Origin: Candidatus Nomurabacteria bacterium
GTDB lineage: Bacteria; Patescibacteriota; Minisyncoccia; Phycocordibacterales; UBA918
Direction: 5' to 3'
Length of the DNA: 64,000 nt
Assembly (NCBI GenBank): GCA_020632015.1
Contig: JACKGI010000002.1
Location: forward strand, 27,121-91,120
Every line of letters starts with the position of its first letter. The first letter of the stretch is position 1. The position numbers and the translations under genes are program-made. The notes under the pieces were generated by a model. That model searched no databases. It had not been told where the DNA came from and saw only the letters and a program-made list of their open reading frames with translations. Below, piece by piece: positions 1 through 13,000 of the stretch.

Positions 1-971
1 AAGATAGTGAAGCTATTATCTTCGGTGACCCACCACGACCACCAGAAATAGGTTCGCCGACTTTCTTAGATCCTGAGGTTTGGTACAACGAAACAAACGG
101 TTTGTTCTCATGGACACTACCATTTGATGTGAATGCGGTAGCGATTGAAATTACAAATGACCCAGAAAATGTACCTGAAGACAATGAGGAAGCGATAATC
201 GATCCGCCGGTTGAAGAGTTTGCTATCACAAAAGAAAATATTTCAGACGGTGTTCAATACGTAAGTGTTAACTTCAAAAATCAAGTTGGTTGGGGAGCAG
301 TAACAAACAGAAAGCTTCAAATTGACACCACACCACCTGAACCATTTGCTATTAGTGTTCAGGCTGGAAACTCACCATCATCGTTCCCGTTGCTAAGGTT
401 TGAGGCTAAAGACGTAACGTCAGGTATTGAATACTATGACATGACCATAGCTGATAAGGAGCCTCTGAGGATTACTCCAGATGAAGCAAGATTAGGATAT
501 CTACTGAAAGAGTTGGAGGATGGAACATATACAGTTAAGGTGGTTGCAACTGACAAGGCGGGGAACATAAGAGAAAGTAGTGTGGCTGTTCTGATTACCG
601 CTGGCTGGATTAAGCCAATTGAGCTCGTAGACGAGGGTTCATTCTGGGATTTCTTCACAGCAGTTAACCTCTTTATATTCTTCCTACTTGTTGTTATAAT
701 TCTACAGATCATTTACTTCTGGTATGAACACAAGCAACTCAAAGAAAGAGAAGAGAAGCTAAGAAGGGAGACTAGAGAAATTCAAGATCAGATGGAAAAA
801 ATATTCTCAGCTCTACGCGATGAAATTTATGACCAGATAAATTCTATAACCAAACGTAAAAGGTTATCAGCTAAAGAAAAAGAAGCGGTAGAAGGTCTAA
901 CTCAGGCACTAGAAGTATCAGAGACCTTGATAGAGAAAGAAATCAATGACGTAAAAACGATTTTGAAGTAA
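1..971 (+). CDS. Surface protein, C-terminal part only (gene begins left of the window): Ig-like extracellular modules, one TM helix, charged coiled-coil-like tail
   Basis: Frame 3 is open from nt 3 to the TAA at 969-971; the track start at 102 is only an in-frame TTG. The product is colinear with the C-terminal part of the 36486..38255 product: W-Y-x-E..W, F-K-N-x-x-G-W-G-x-V-T, an x-D-x-A-G-N module, hydrophobic LFIFFLLVVIILQIIYFW, then a K/E/R-rich tail. Confidence 0.8.
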   Translation, partial: DSEAIIFGDPPRPPEIGSPTFLDPEVWYNETNGLFSWTLPFDVNAVAIEITNDPENVPEDNEEAIIDPPVEEFAITKENISDGVQYVSVNFKNQVGWGAVTNRKLQIDTTPPEPFAISVQAGNSPSSFPLLRFEAKDVTSGIEYYDMTIADKEPLRITPDEARLGYLLKELEDGTYTVKVVATDKAGNIRESSVAVLITAGWIKPIELVDEGSFWDFFTAVNLFIFFLLVVIILQIIYFWYEHKQLKEREEKLRRETREIQDQMEKIFSALRDEIYDQINSITKRKRLSAKEKEAVEGLTQALEVSETLIEKEINDVKTILK

Positions 972-1003
972 AATAGACTCGAAATCCACATAATATGAGG
1001 ATA

Positions 1004-1032
1004 ACCGCGCACTTCCGAAAGGAGTGCGCGGT
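1004..1032 (+). terminator. GC-rich hairpin after the upstream gene (possible intrinsic terminator)
   Basis: ACCGCGCACT (1004-1013) and AGTGCGCGGT (1023-1032) form a perfect 10-bp inverted repeat around a 9-nt loop, 33 nt after the stop codon. No clean T-tract follows (ATACTTATAATT), so terminator function is uncertain. Confidence 0.45.
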
Positions 1033-1067
1033 ATACTTATAATTGGCCCCTCTTCTAATTTAGTGGG

Positions 1068-4000
1068 GTGGGGTCAAACGTACAAGTGAAGCATTTTCGA
1101 TTTCACAACTTACGAGAAAATAGAATAAAAACATTATTTAAAGCGCCAAAAAGGAATATGCGGGCTGTTTTTGGTGTCTTAGCAAAAAAGAAGTTTGTTT
1201 CTACATTAGTGCTAGCTATTTCAGTAGCTGGCTTGTTGCCGTTTGTACATGCTCAATTTTTCGCTGACGCAGTTGTAGTAAGGACTGTTAATGTTTTCCC
1301 GTCTAAGATTTCTGCAGAGGGATGGAGTAATGCTGAAACTATAACTTTCCAGAATCTAGATGAATATGCATTGTTGCAGGAATTCAACGCAATCAATTCT
1401 GCAACTATTGATACAAGTAGAGCGAAACTAATTGATAAAAATAAACTAGACCAAAACGAAGTTCATGACATTCTGGATAATTCAGATGAAGCGACTTCTA
1501 CTTCGTCTAATGAAACTGCTTCGACAAGTGCTGATAATACTTCTGTACTTAACGACGATGAAACAGTTACAGGCAGTGCGGATAATAGCGCTACCTCAAC
1601 TCAGGAAGTTCAGTTTGGTTTACCGTCAGAATCTTCAGAAGAGGAAGTATTAAATGAATCAGAAGCGTTACCTACACAGAACACCTCGACCGTTCCAATT
1701 GTAGACGAGGAGCCTGAACAAGAACAAGATACTCCTGCGTCTATAGATGAGGCGACAACTACAGTTATGCGAAAGGCAGAATCATTCTTTGCTTTAGCTG
1801 TTTCTACTGTCACTGCTTTGTTTGATGAAGCTTCAACAACTGAGAATGAAATTGATGAGGTTCTTGAAGAAGTGATTGATGGTGGTACTGATGTGCCTGC
1901 TCCTGTTTCTGTGGAAACTGAAGAGGTTGATGAAGAGGTTGGGTACGCTTCATCTACCACAATTGAAACTGTTGTAGAAGATGAGGTTGAGAGCTCTGCA
2001 TCAACCACCGAACTGCAAGAGACTGTTAATGAAGACTTGATTCAAGATGAGGTTGTAGACGACACTGAAGAGAGTGTTGTGGAGGAGGTAGAAGAGGTTG
2101 AAGGCATACAAGAAGTAACTGATTGTGCAGATGATTGTGTACCTTATGTTATTTCGATGTCAGACTTCGGATTCCCATTAGGTGAAAACGTTGAAATTTC
2201 TGGTGCACAGTTCAGATTATCTTTTGCTGCAAAGAAAAAAATCACAAGAGAGCATATACCTCAGTTTTCAATTAGATACTCGGTAGACAGTGGTCTTACA
2301 TGGAGTGCGGGTGGAGTAATTATTATAGATGATGAAATTTCAAATAGTATAAATGGCGGATACTTCCTATTCTCACTACCAGAGATTGATTCACAATCTG
2401 CTTTAGATTCACTAAAGGTTGAATTGGTTTACAAAGACAATCCTGAGGTTTTAGATGAGCTTTACGTGGAAAGCGCTTGGCTAGAAATGTTTACTCTTGA
2501 GTCATCGACTGAAGAAGCTACGACGGACTTCCTAGAACTTCTGGCTGATGATGGATATCAAGACAAGGTTCTTTCTGGCGATGAATTAGTTCTTCCTGAT
2601 GGTAAAGAGTTGGACTTCAAGTTTACTGATGATAATGAGGACGAAACTTTAATAATTAAAACAAACGAATCTACTTACAAGGGTCTTTCTGAAGTAACTA
2701 CTTACTTTAGTGTTACGAACACAACTAATGATGAGGAAGACTTCTCTGTTCAAACATATTTCCCTAATGGAGTTGGTGAAGTGACTTCTCTTGAAGTGTT
2801 CAATCAAAACAAACCAAGACAAGTTGTTATACCTGAGTACCGACCTTATGTTTATCATTGTGAAGATGGATGGGATTATGTTGGTCAGGTAGTTCCGGCA
2901 ACCCTAAAGGAGCTTTCTGAGCAACTGTCTGATACAGAAGAAGCGGAAGAAGTTAATGACATAGACTTCTCCTTACCGACTACAACTATTCCGGAACTTG
3001 ATGGTTCGCTTGATGATTCTTCATCAAATACCACCACTACTGTTCTGAAACATTTGCCGTCGATATCTCAATTGATGCAATTTTCAGGTACCACCTCAAT
3101 AGAGAATCTAGAAGTAAGTAGCAGCTCAGATGGTGTCGATAGTACTGTTTCTTCTGAAGACGAGGTAGATCAAGTACCAGCTTACAGTTGTAGAAATACA
3201 AACATTGTTCGTGAATGTGACGAATTGGATGGAGGTAACACCGCTTGTCGAATGAATCAAGTTAAGGTTCAGGATCATGATGTTACTAAGTATGCTCCAG
3301 GTTGGGATGTTGTTGATATTGCTTCTGGTTCAGTTCCAAAACCTAGTTTATTGAGACGAGTGGCTGAATTTATTGGATTCGGTCCTGATAGAAAGGAGGT
3401 TCCTGATAATTTTGAAGTAAGAGTTCATACACCTGAAAAGCACACGATTGCACCTGGTGAAACGAAATACTTTAGAATGGATATTTCCTTCCCACCATTC
3501 ACTAATGGTGAGTACTGGATTGAGGCCATCGGAAACAGTGAATACGGATTACTCGACCCATTCTGGTCTTCACAGTGGTCATATAGAATGCCTATCCAAA
3601 TTGATAACTCTACTGGTACAAATCAGACAGAGTATCAGGTGTTCATGGAGCTAGATAGTTCTTTGAGTGATTTCTGGTCAAATGTTAACAGCGACGGTTC
3701 AGATATTCGGTTTGTTCAAGAAGTTGCTCAGAGTAATTTGAATTCTGTTATCGGTGAGACATCTGACAACGAATACAATCCAAGCTGGACTGGACGGGTA
3801 GCCCTTACTATTCCTGCTTCAAGTCTTGATGAGACGCTAACAAATTTCCCAGTCTATGTTGATTTGTCGACTTTAGGTGATGACTTTTGGTCAAACGTAG
3901 AGTCTGATGGTAAAGATATCCGTATTACTACTGCTGACGGAAGTACCGAAACAGCCTACGACCTAGTGGCGATTAATACTGGCGCAAAAACTGGTCAACT

Positions 4001-7000
4001 TCATTTCTTAGCTCCTTCGTTAAGTAACGCATCAGATAATACTTTCCATATTTACTATGGTAATTCTGGTGCGACTGCGTATGCACCAGGTGATACATAC
4101 GGAAGAGAAAATGTTTGGATTAATGATTTTATTGCCACCTACCACCTTGAGGAGGATTCAGCTGGTGCAGGAAATGCTGGTCTATATGTAGACTCTACAA
4201 GTAATTCTTATGATGCAGATGATGAAATTACCTCAACAGGAAAGACTGGTCAATTAGGTCTTGGTCAGGAAATTCGCGCTCGAGAAAGTGTTCTTGACGA
4301 CTATATCTTATATCCGAGTGCAGTTGTAAATAATCAGAATGAATTAACAATGTCATTCTGGATTAATACTTCTCAAACTGGCGATCAGGCGATTTTGAAT
4401 GCTGGAGCAAATAACGAGTTAATTGTCTTCTTACAGAATACCAACCTCACTCTCTATAACGGGGGAACCTCAGACACATTTGCTCTAGACAGCACAGTAA
4501 TCGGTACAGGCTGGAAGCACATGACAGTAATTCGTGACGCAAATAATGACGAGTGGAGTTTGTACATTGATGGTGTAGCCGATAATCAAAACCCATTGTC
4601 TGAAACAATGTCAGCAATGTCTGTTCCAGCAAACTGTGTACTGTCTGGACTTGAACAAGACGGTAGTTGTTTGAATTCAGGTGCTGCTAATCAACACTAC
4701 GACGGATATCTAGATGAAGTGCGCTTTTCAAGTACAACAAGAAGTAGTGGCTGGATTGCGGCAGAGTTTGACAACCAGTCTGCTCCGACAACCTTCTACT
4801 CCACAAGTACCAATGGAATTGGACAGGCTCCGGTAACTGGTTGGTTCAGCACCAGTTGGGATAAGCGACAATTAATCACAATTGCAGGTTCTAACGTTGT
4901 TGATGATGTCACTGATTTCCCAGTTTATGTGGATTTATCCATGATGGGTGACGATTTCTTTGATGATGTTGCTTCAGATGGACGTGACCTACGTGTGACA
5001 GCATGGGACGGACGAACTGAACTACCGATAGAAGTAGTAAATATTGATACTGGAGCAAAAACTGGCCAGATATACTTCAAAGCTGATTTGGTGTCTGGTG
5101 TATTGGATAATGAATTTTACCTATACTTTGATAACTCTGATGCAGACTTCTACGATAGAACAGACACCTATGGTTCTGACAATGTGTGGACTAACGGCTT
5201 CCAAGCGGTTTACCACTTAGAAGAAAATATCGCTGGTACCGGTAACATTGATGCGTACAAAGACTCTACAAGTAATCAGTACGACGGCGACGACGAAAAT
5301 AACTCCTCAGGTAAAACTGGTCTCTTTGGTGCTGGACAAGAGTTCGGTATTGATTCAGTTGACTATATTAGTCTGCCGTACCAAGCGATGGATGGCTTAA
5401 CTGACACTACTGTTTCGTGGTGGCATGTTACTGCATCCTCAACTGATGATATGACTATTTTGAGCGGTGCAAACGCTACCCAGTTTAATGAGTTCTGGAC
5501 AAGATTTGATAATAGCACCCGATACTTCCATTACTATCAAGGAGCAGGTGAGCAGTTCAATCTAGACAATCCGACTACTTATAACGACGAAACATGGCAG
5601 CATTTCTTGGTAACTTCAGAGGATGCTATTGATTCAATGAATTTGTATGTAAACGGTGTTGGTGACAATGAAAACCCAGACCCTCAACCAATCGCTGCGC
5701 TTGATATTGCTCCAGGTGGTTTGATTGTTGGTCAAGACCAAGATGCTTTAGGTGGAAACTTTAGTACGGCAGAAAACTTTGAAGGATTCCTTGATGAGTT
5801 GCGTATTGCGAGTGTGGTTCGTTCGGCAGAATGGGCAGAGCTTGAGTACGAAAACATGGCCAATCAGGCTACCTTTATTGCTACTTCTTCAGTAGAAACT
5901 CTAACACCAACTCAATTCGTAGAGTTAGATTTCTGGATACAACACTTTGATAATACTGCAGACGAAGCAGATATTTGGGTTCAAGTCGCCGACTTACAGG
6001 CAGGAACTAGTACTACTATTTATATGTACTACGGTAACTCGGGAGCTCCATCAGTAAGTGATGAGTTCGCTACTTTCTCTTACAGTACTTCTACTGATAT
6101 TTTCTACGTAACAGATAATCATGGTGCTTCGAGTATAAGAGTACAAAGTTTGGTTGATAATAACGAAGTTTCTATCGACGGTGGTACTCCAGTTTCTCTT
6201 CAGCAAGGAGAGTCTACAACATTCGGTACCTTCACTGGTGCTTCAGTGATAAGTGTTCTTGGTCCGATCTCAGGAACCGTAACTGGAGCAAGTACAGACG
6301 GTGGTGACATGTTGGCGCCGATTAGTTTTGCTACCACTACGTTTGCAATTCCAAGCAGTAGAAGTGTAGATAGGTGGTATACCTATGCCCCTTTTGCCAG
6401 TACGACTGTGAGAATCTACGAAGGAGCATCTGCTACAGCCTTGAATACAATTAATGTTAACCAAGGTGCAGTTGGAACTTTAAATACTGACATAACTGAT
6501 ACAGCTCAGGGAGCAGATGGAGCAGGGGCTGTAGTTGAGGCGAGTAGTCCAGTTCTGTTGTCTCACCGAACAACAAACCCTGGTGATGGTATGGTTATGT
6601 ATCCTCCAACTGAAAGAGATATCTTTGGTGTTAACAACCAATACATGCACTTCTCTGCCTTGGCTTCCAATTCAGATCCTCTACTTTCATGTTCGGCAGG
6701 ATCTGGAGGAACACTTTCTGGTATTACTAGAGGAGATCAGGAAGCCGATGCGTCTTGTACAGCCGGAACAGAAGGTTCTGGAGCTGCGGTAAGAGCTAGT
6801 GCACAAGCTAGTCCGATTACTGCAATTGGTCAGGCAGACTCAGACGGTAACGAATCAACAGTATTTTGGCCGCAACACGAATTTGGTACTAGATATGCAA
6901 TGACTAACACCTCTGCTTATGCTGCAATTGTGTGTTCTCCTCGGTTTGGTTCAGTAGATTTAGAGATACAGGATAGTACCGGAAATCAGATTGAGATTGG

Positions 7001-10000
7001 TACATGTACACCAGGTGCATCAACTCCAGGTAAAGCGTTCTTTAATAACGGAAATGGGGCAAACGGTGACGCTGCAAACTTTGCAGCTGGCGCTCAGATT
7101 GTCTCAACAAATGGTGTTCCTTTCTATGTCATATATGAGGATGTCTCAAATGAGCAAGATGAAAAAAATATTGCCGGCTCAGTACAGGCTCGAAAGTTTG
7201 ACGGAACAGTAAGCAAGGATTACACATTTGGCGCTCAAGAAATAGCTAATGACGCTGAGTATGAACAACTATCGTTCTTGTGGTATGAAAATTCAGCACT
7301 CAACACCCCTGTAGATAAGTGGCCACTAAACGCAACGGAGTTTGTATCAGAAGGTGAAGCAATTAGAGGAGCTGGAGCGATAGACGATGGAGATGAGTTA
7401 CGTTTGCGAATGAACCTAACCGTCTCAAACGCTACAGGAACAGTTGGCTCTGAAGCCTTCACATTGCAATATACTTCAGCTGAAGCTGGGCAGTGTGATG
7501 CCGTGATTGACTGGTTTGACGTTGGAGAACAGGGAAGTACTACAGCTATATTTGCAGGATTAGACAATAGTGGTATCTCTGATGGAGTTAGACTTGCTAC
7601 TACCACTTTGGCTGATTCAACCATCCCAGGTTCTTATGAGGAAAGGAATTACTCTGAACTTATTCCTGAAGACGTTGCTCCTGGTGAGACAATAGAGTTC
7701 GATTGGGTGATTGTTGCTAACGATGTTGATGTAAATACCAACTACTGTTTCCGCATGGTTCGTGCTAGCGGTGGGGCCTTGAAGACATATACAACGTATC
7801 CAGAACTTGAGACAGTTGGTCCACCAAATACTCCAACAAATGCGACCTTCTTTGATAACGAAAAGACTACAAGCCTTACTCCGGTATTGGAATTCTCAGC
7901 CGTAGACATTGCTGGTGACGATATTCACTACAGAGTTCAAATCGATGATGATGCAACTTTTGGTTCTGTTAATGTTGATAGGAATTCAGAAGATGACTTC
8001 ACCCAGTTTGAAAACCTTGTCTTACCATCGGATAAGGCGCCATTTATCTCTGGAAACAGAATCAGATTTACTGGTGCAACTGAGTTGTCACCTACAACAA
8101 CTTACTGGTATAGAGTAAGCGCGTCAGATCCAGGTGGCTCTGCTACTTCTAGTGATTGGTCAACCCCAACCAGCTTCACTACAGATACAGTAATTTCAAT
8201 TTCAGAGTGGTTCCAAACTACAACTGAACAGTTTGAAACAAACTCATACTCAGGAGTAACCATTGGTAGTGGTCAAGTATCAGTCGCTTCAAGTCCTGGG
8301 ACGATGACAAGTACTCCGATAGATTTCGATGATGCGGTTGTTGGTAATGCTTGGGGAGAGATAGACTGGAGTGACACTGAAACGTCTGGAGAAATTACTA
8401 TACAGGTGCAGTACAACGATAACGGTACATGGAAACTTATACCTAATACAGATATCCCAGGGAACTTGGTTGGTACAACAACTTCACCGATTAACATATT
8501 GAGTCTCGATACTGACGAATACAACGAAATCCGCTTAGTAGCTAAGTTTACTGGAACAACCCTATCTCTACAGGATTGGGTGGTTCGTTGGGCATTGAGA
8601 GTTGATACTCCTACTCAAGGAGATTTGTTCGACAATCAGAAAGTTAACACTACTGTGCCAGTGTTTGATTTCTACTCCACTGACCCTCAAGGTGATGATT
8701 TGGAGTATGAGATTTCATTCAGTACTGACATTGATTTCTTAGTCAGCTCATCGACATTCAACTCTAGTACTAGCCCAGGTTTTGCAAGTCAGCAGTACAC
8801 CTCAGGGGATACAGTTTTGTACACAACTCAAATTGGTGATGCTTTTACAGACGGTGAGACTTATTGGTGGAGAACTAGGGCTAAGGATCCAGATGGGGGT
8901 AACGCATGGTCTCCATGGGCAGAGCCTGATTCGTTTACAGTTGATACTGGAATTTCTCTTTCAACGTGGTTCCAAACTACAAAAGAGCAGTTTGAACAAG
9001 GATTTGGAGAAGGTACAACAGCATCTACCAGTGGTTCAGTAGTGGTTTCAACTGATATTGGTGAATACGGAACAGTCTCGTTGACCAACAATAATGAGGT
9101 TACCATCACTACTCAATTGAGTTACGAAAATATGGTTGTAGTGGCGTCTCCAGAGTACAACAGTACTTCATATCTGGACGCACGCACACCAAGAGTGTAC
9201 GACAAAACAGCAAACACTTTCAAAATAAAGGTTGATGATTACACTGGCGCATTTAGTGGTTCCACAGTGGTTGACTACATTGTTATGGAAGCAGGTGACT
9301 GGACACTCGAAGATGGCTCTTCTGGTTTTAGAGTAGTAGCTGGTACTGAGTCGGTAACAGGTGTACAAAACCAACCATATGCTAATGGAGTAGGAAGTAT
9401 TGTTACATTCTCACCTGCTTTTTCTACTGCACCAGTACCTCTAGCTACTGTTTCAAGTAATAACGATAGTACATGGACTGGGGTTGCAATAGACGACGGT
9501 GTTGGTTACCAGAATGAAGTAACAACTACCCAGATGGGGCTCTCTCTTTCAAAGAGTCGTTCACTTCTATCTCACTCACAAGCGGAAGATATAGACTATA
9601 TAGTCTTCGCGCCCGTAATAGGAACTAATAACGGAACTAAGTTTAGAAGTTTCAATTCAGTTGATTCAGTAGATGATTACCCTCTTAATGGAGGACACGC
9701 ACAAGCTCTGGGTGCTGGATTCACCGCTACTCCTGGTGTAACAGTAACTGCTAATAACGGTACTGATGGAGGAGACGGAGGTTTTGTATTCAAAAACTTA
9801 GTTGGAACTCAGTCTAATACATCATTGTTCTTGTCCGTACACGAAGCAGGTGCGACAGCTGACCAACACACTCAAGAAATCGCTTCAATTGTTGCTTTTG
9901 AAGGTTCTTCAGGGATTATTAAGCGACAAAACACTGGTAGCCTTAGCGGTACCTTTACTGGTGAAGATATTATCTTTAGTGATGGCTCCGGTCCAAAGTT

Positions 10001-13000
10001 CGACAACTTCTCTTGGAATGCAACAACCACAGGTGGTAGCTCAGTCTTGATGCAGATGCAGTATCAAGTTAGTGAAGGAGTGTATGCTCTTATTCCAGAT
10101 ACTGAAATTCCAGGAAACAGCTCGGGAACAACAACCTCACCAATTGATTTAACAGGAGTAGATATTAATCTTTATCCGCAGATTAGAGCTTTTGCAACTC
10201 TTACATGTAACGCCGGAAACTGCCCATCTATTAATGACTGGAAGCTTGAATGGAGTGAAGGTGTAAATATGAGTGGTACTTTGAAAGGGTATGACCGGTT
10301 GACCAATATTGCGACTGGTACAGTTAAGGTTGCGGTAAACGGTACTATATTGGCCGGTGCAACCGATGGAGTTGTGAGTGGTGGAGTGTGGTCAATGGGC
10401 AATGTGTCTGCTTTGGCTGGTCAAATCGTTACTGTCTTTGTGGATAATGTTGTAGATTCAGAAGAAGCAGTGGCCTCGTTTGTGTATGACGGTTTGGGAG
10501 ATATAACAGGTGTTGAGCTCTTCCAACAACACTTGTCCTTGTCCGCTGATGAGCTTGGGACTACAACAAATGCATTACTTGCTCTCAATGACAGCTCAGC
10601 TCTAGGAGAGGAGGATATCTTCTTTGAAGTTGATGGTTCAAATAATTTATCAGTATGTGGAACAGGTGCTTGCTCAGACGCAAGTCTATATGTAGGTCCA
10701 GATAATATTTATATTCCAGCTGAAGCCGGAGGCGTCTCTGTTTCTACAAACAACTTCATCAATGATGGAAAAGTCGAGCTCGATAGTAACACCATGCGTG
10801 TTAATGGATCGTGGGATAACAATTCCATCTTCGTGCCAAATACTTCATCGGTTATCTTTACAGCAACAACTTCAGCGACTACTACGAGCTTATCTTGGTA
10901 CAACACAAACTGGCTAAGCAGGACTGAGATTACTATTGCATCTACAACTATTAATTCTTCACTTACTGATTTCCCAATCTACGTCGATTTGTCAGACCTA
11001 GATACTGCCTTCTTCGATAATGTTTCTCCAGATGGGGCAGATATCAGAATTACTGAAAGCGACGGGCTAACAGAGTTGCCAGTTGAGTTGGTCTCCATAG
11101 ATACAGATGCAATGACCGGAGAGTTGTACTTCAAGGGGGATCTTTCAACCGCTGCAGATAATTCATTCTTTATTTACTTTGATAACCAAAGCGCTTCTGC
11201 TTACGCATCATCTGATCCTTATGGTTCTGAGGCGGTGTGGAGTAATGGCTACTTGGTTGTTTACCACATGAATCAAACAAGTGCTGTCGACTCGACTGCT
11301 TACAGTAAAAATGGTACAGCAACTGGTGATTCACTTTCGACTACAACTGGTCGAATCGGAACCGGTGTAAGTATTATTGATAACGGAGGAAGCGACTACA
11401 TCAATATTGGCGATAATCTTTCAGAGCTAACTGGACTTTCTGGTATGACGGTTTCTGCTTGGGTGAATATCAGTGATGACTCTGATGACGACTCATTCTT
11501 CACTCGAGACACTTCAGGAGCTACCCCAATTTTGATGTGGGATAACATATCCGGTACCACGGATAATGACACTTACACCTTTAATGTGGGTAATACTGGT
11601 GTTGGTGGAAACCGAGTCGATGGTGCGACAGGAGCTTCTATTGGTGATCAGTGGCAGTACGTAGCCGGTGTAATGAGTAGTGGAAATCGTACTGTTTATG
11701 TAGACGGAAGTTCAAGTGGAACAAACACTGGGGGAGTTACAACTATTCCAGCCAACAGTAGTGGTGCCACTATCGGTTACTGGGGAGGTTCATCAAACTT
11801 CGACTTCAGTGGAACAATCGACGAATTTAGAATTTCAACCACCTCACGTTCTGCTGACTGGATTGATGCAGAGTACAATAACCAAAATGACGCTTCTACA
11901 TTCTATGTAACCAACGCTCCAATCAATTACATAGATTACTCAGCGGGTCTAAATACACTCGAAGATGAAGATGGAATTCTAGATTTCTACAACGTAACTT
12001 TTGGTGAAACATCTGGATATTCAACATGGTTACCACAAGAATTGATGGATATTAATGGAAGTCTGACAGTTTCAAATGGTATTTTGAGTCGAGATGATAT
12101 CGCCATCAGAGTAGCTGGAAACATTACAACTGGAGCAGGAGGATACTGGGAAGGAACTGCAACCACCACCTTTGATGGAAGCGGTGCTGGAAAGACGTGG
12201 ACTGACAACAATCCAGTCTCACAAAACATCGGAGATGTTGTTATTGATGGAGCAAGTACAATTGTTTCAATTACGACAGACGTCGCAGCGTACGATATCC
12301 GTATTGGTGCGAATGATACTTTAGTAGGAGGTTCTGGTAATTTAATTGCAGTTGGAGGAGACTGGGTAAATCAGGGTACATTTAACGCTGAGACAAGTTC
12401 AGTAGAAATAATGGTAGATGACAGGGAATATCCAGCGACAGTGCTGGGCTCTCAAGATTGGTATGCCGATAATAATTTTGTAAATCGTGTTCCCGTAGTT
12501 ATTGATGACGCACTTGTTCCAAGTAATGTTTCAAACTTCCCAGTCTACGTGGATTTGTCGCTTCTCGGTGATAGTTTCTGGAGTAATGTAACAAGTGATG
12601 GTCGTGACATCAGGGTTACAACAAGCGATGGTCAAACTGAGTTGCCGATTGACTTGGTTGAGATTGATACGACTGCAAAGACAGGAGAACTCCATTTCTT
12701 AGCTGATAACATCAGTTCAACTATCGCAACGTCGTTCTTTATTTACTACAACAATATTGCAGCTGTCGCATATGGTCCTGAAGACACCTATGGAAGAAAC
12801 GCAGTCTGGGCTGAGTATGAAGCTGTTTACCACTTCACTGATGATCCTACTGCTGTAAGTAATGTTATTACTGATGCAACAGGTAATAACTATAATCTGG
12901 TAGTAGAAAGTACTGGACTGGCGACTTCTAGTGGTCAACTTGGTCTTGGTGCAGACATGAATGCAATAGCCGGGCGATTCCGAGCCTCTAATTTCCGATG

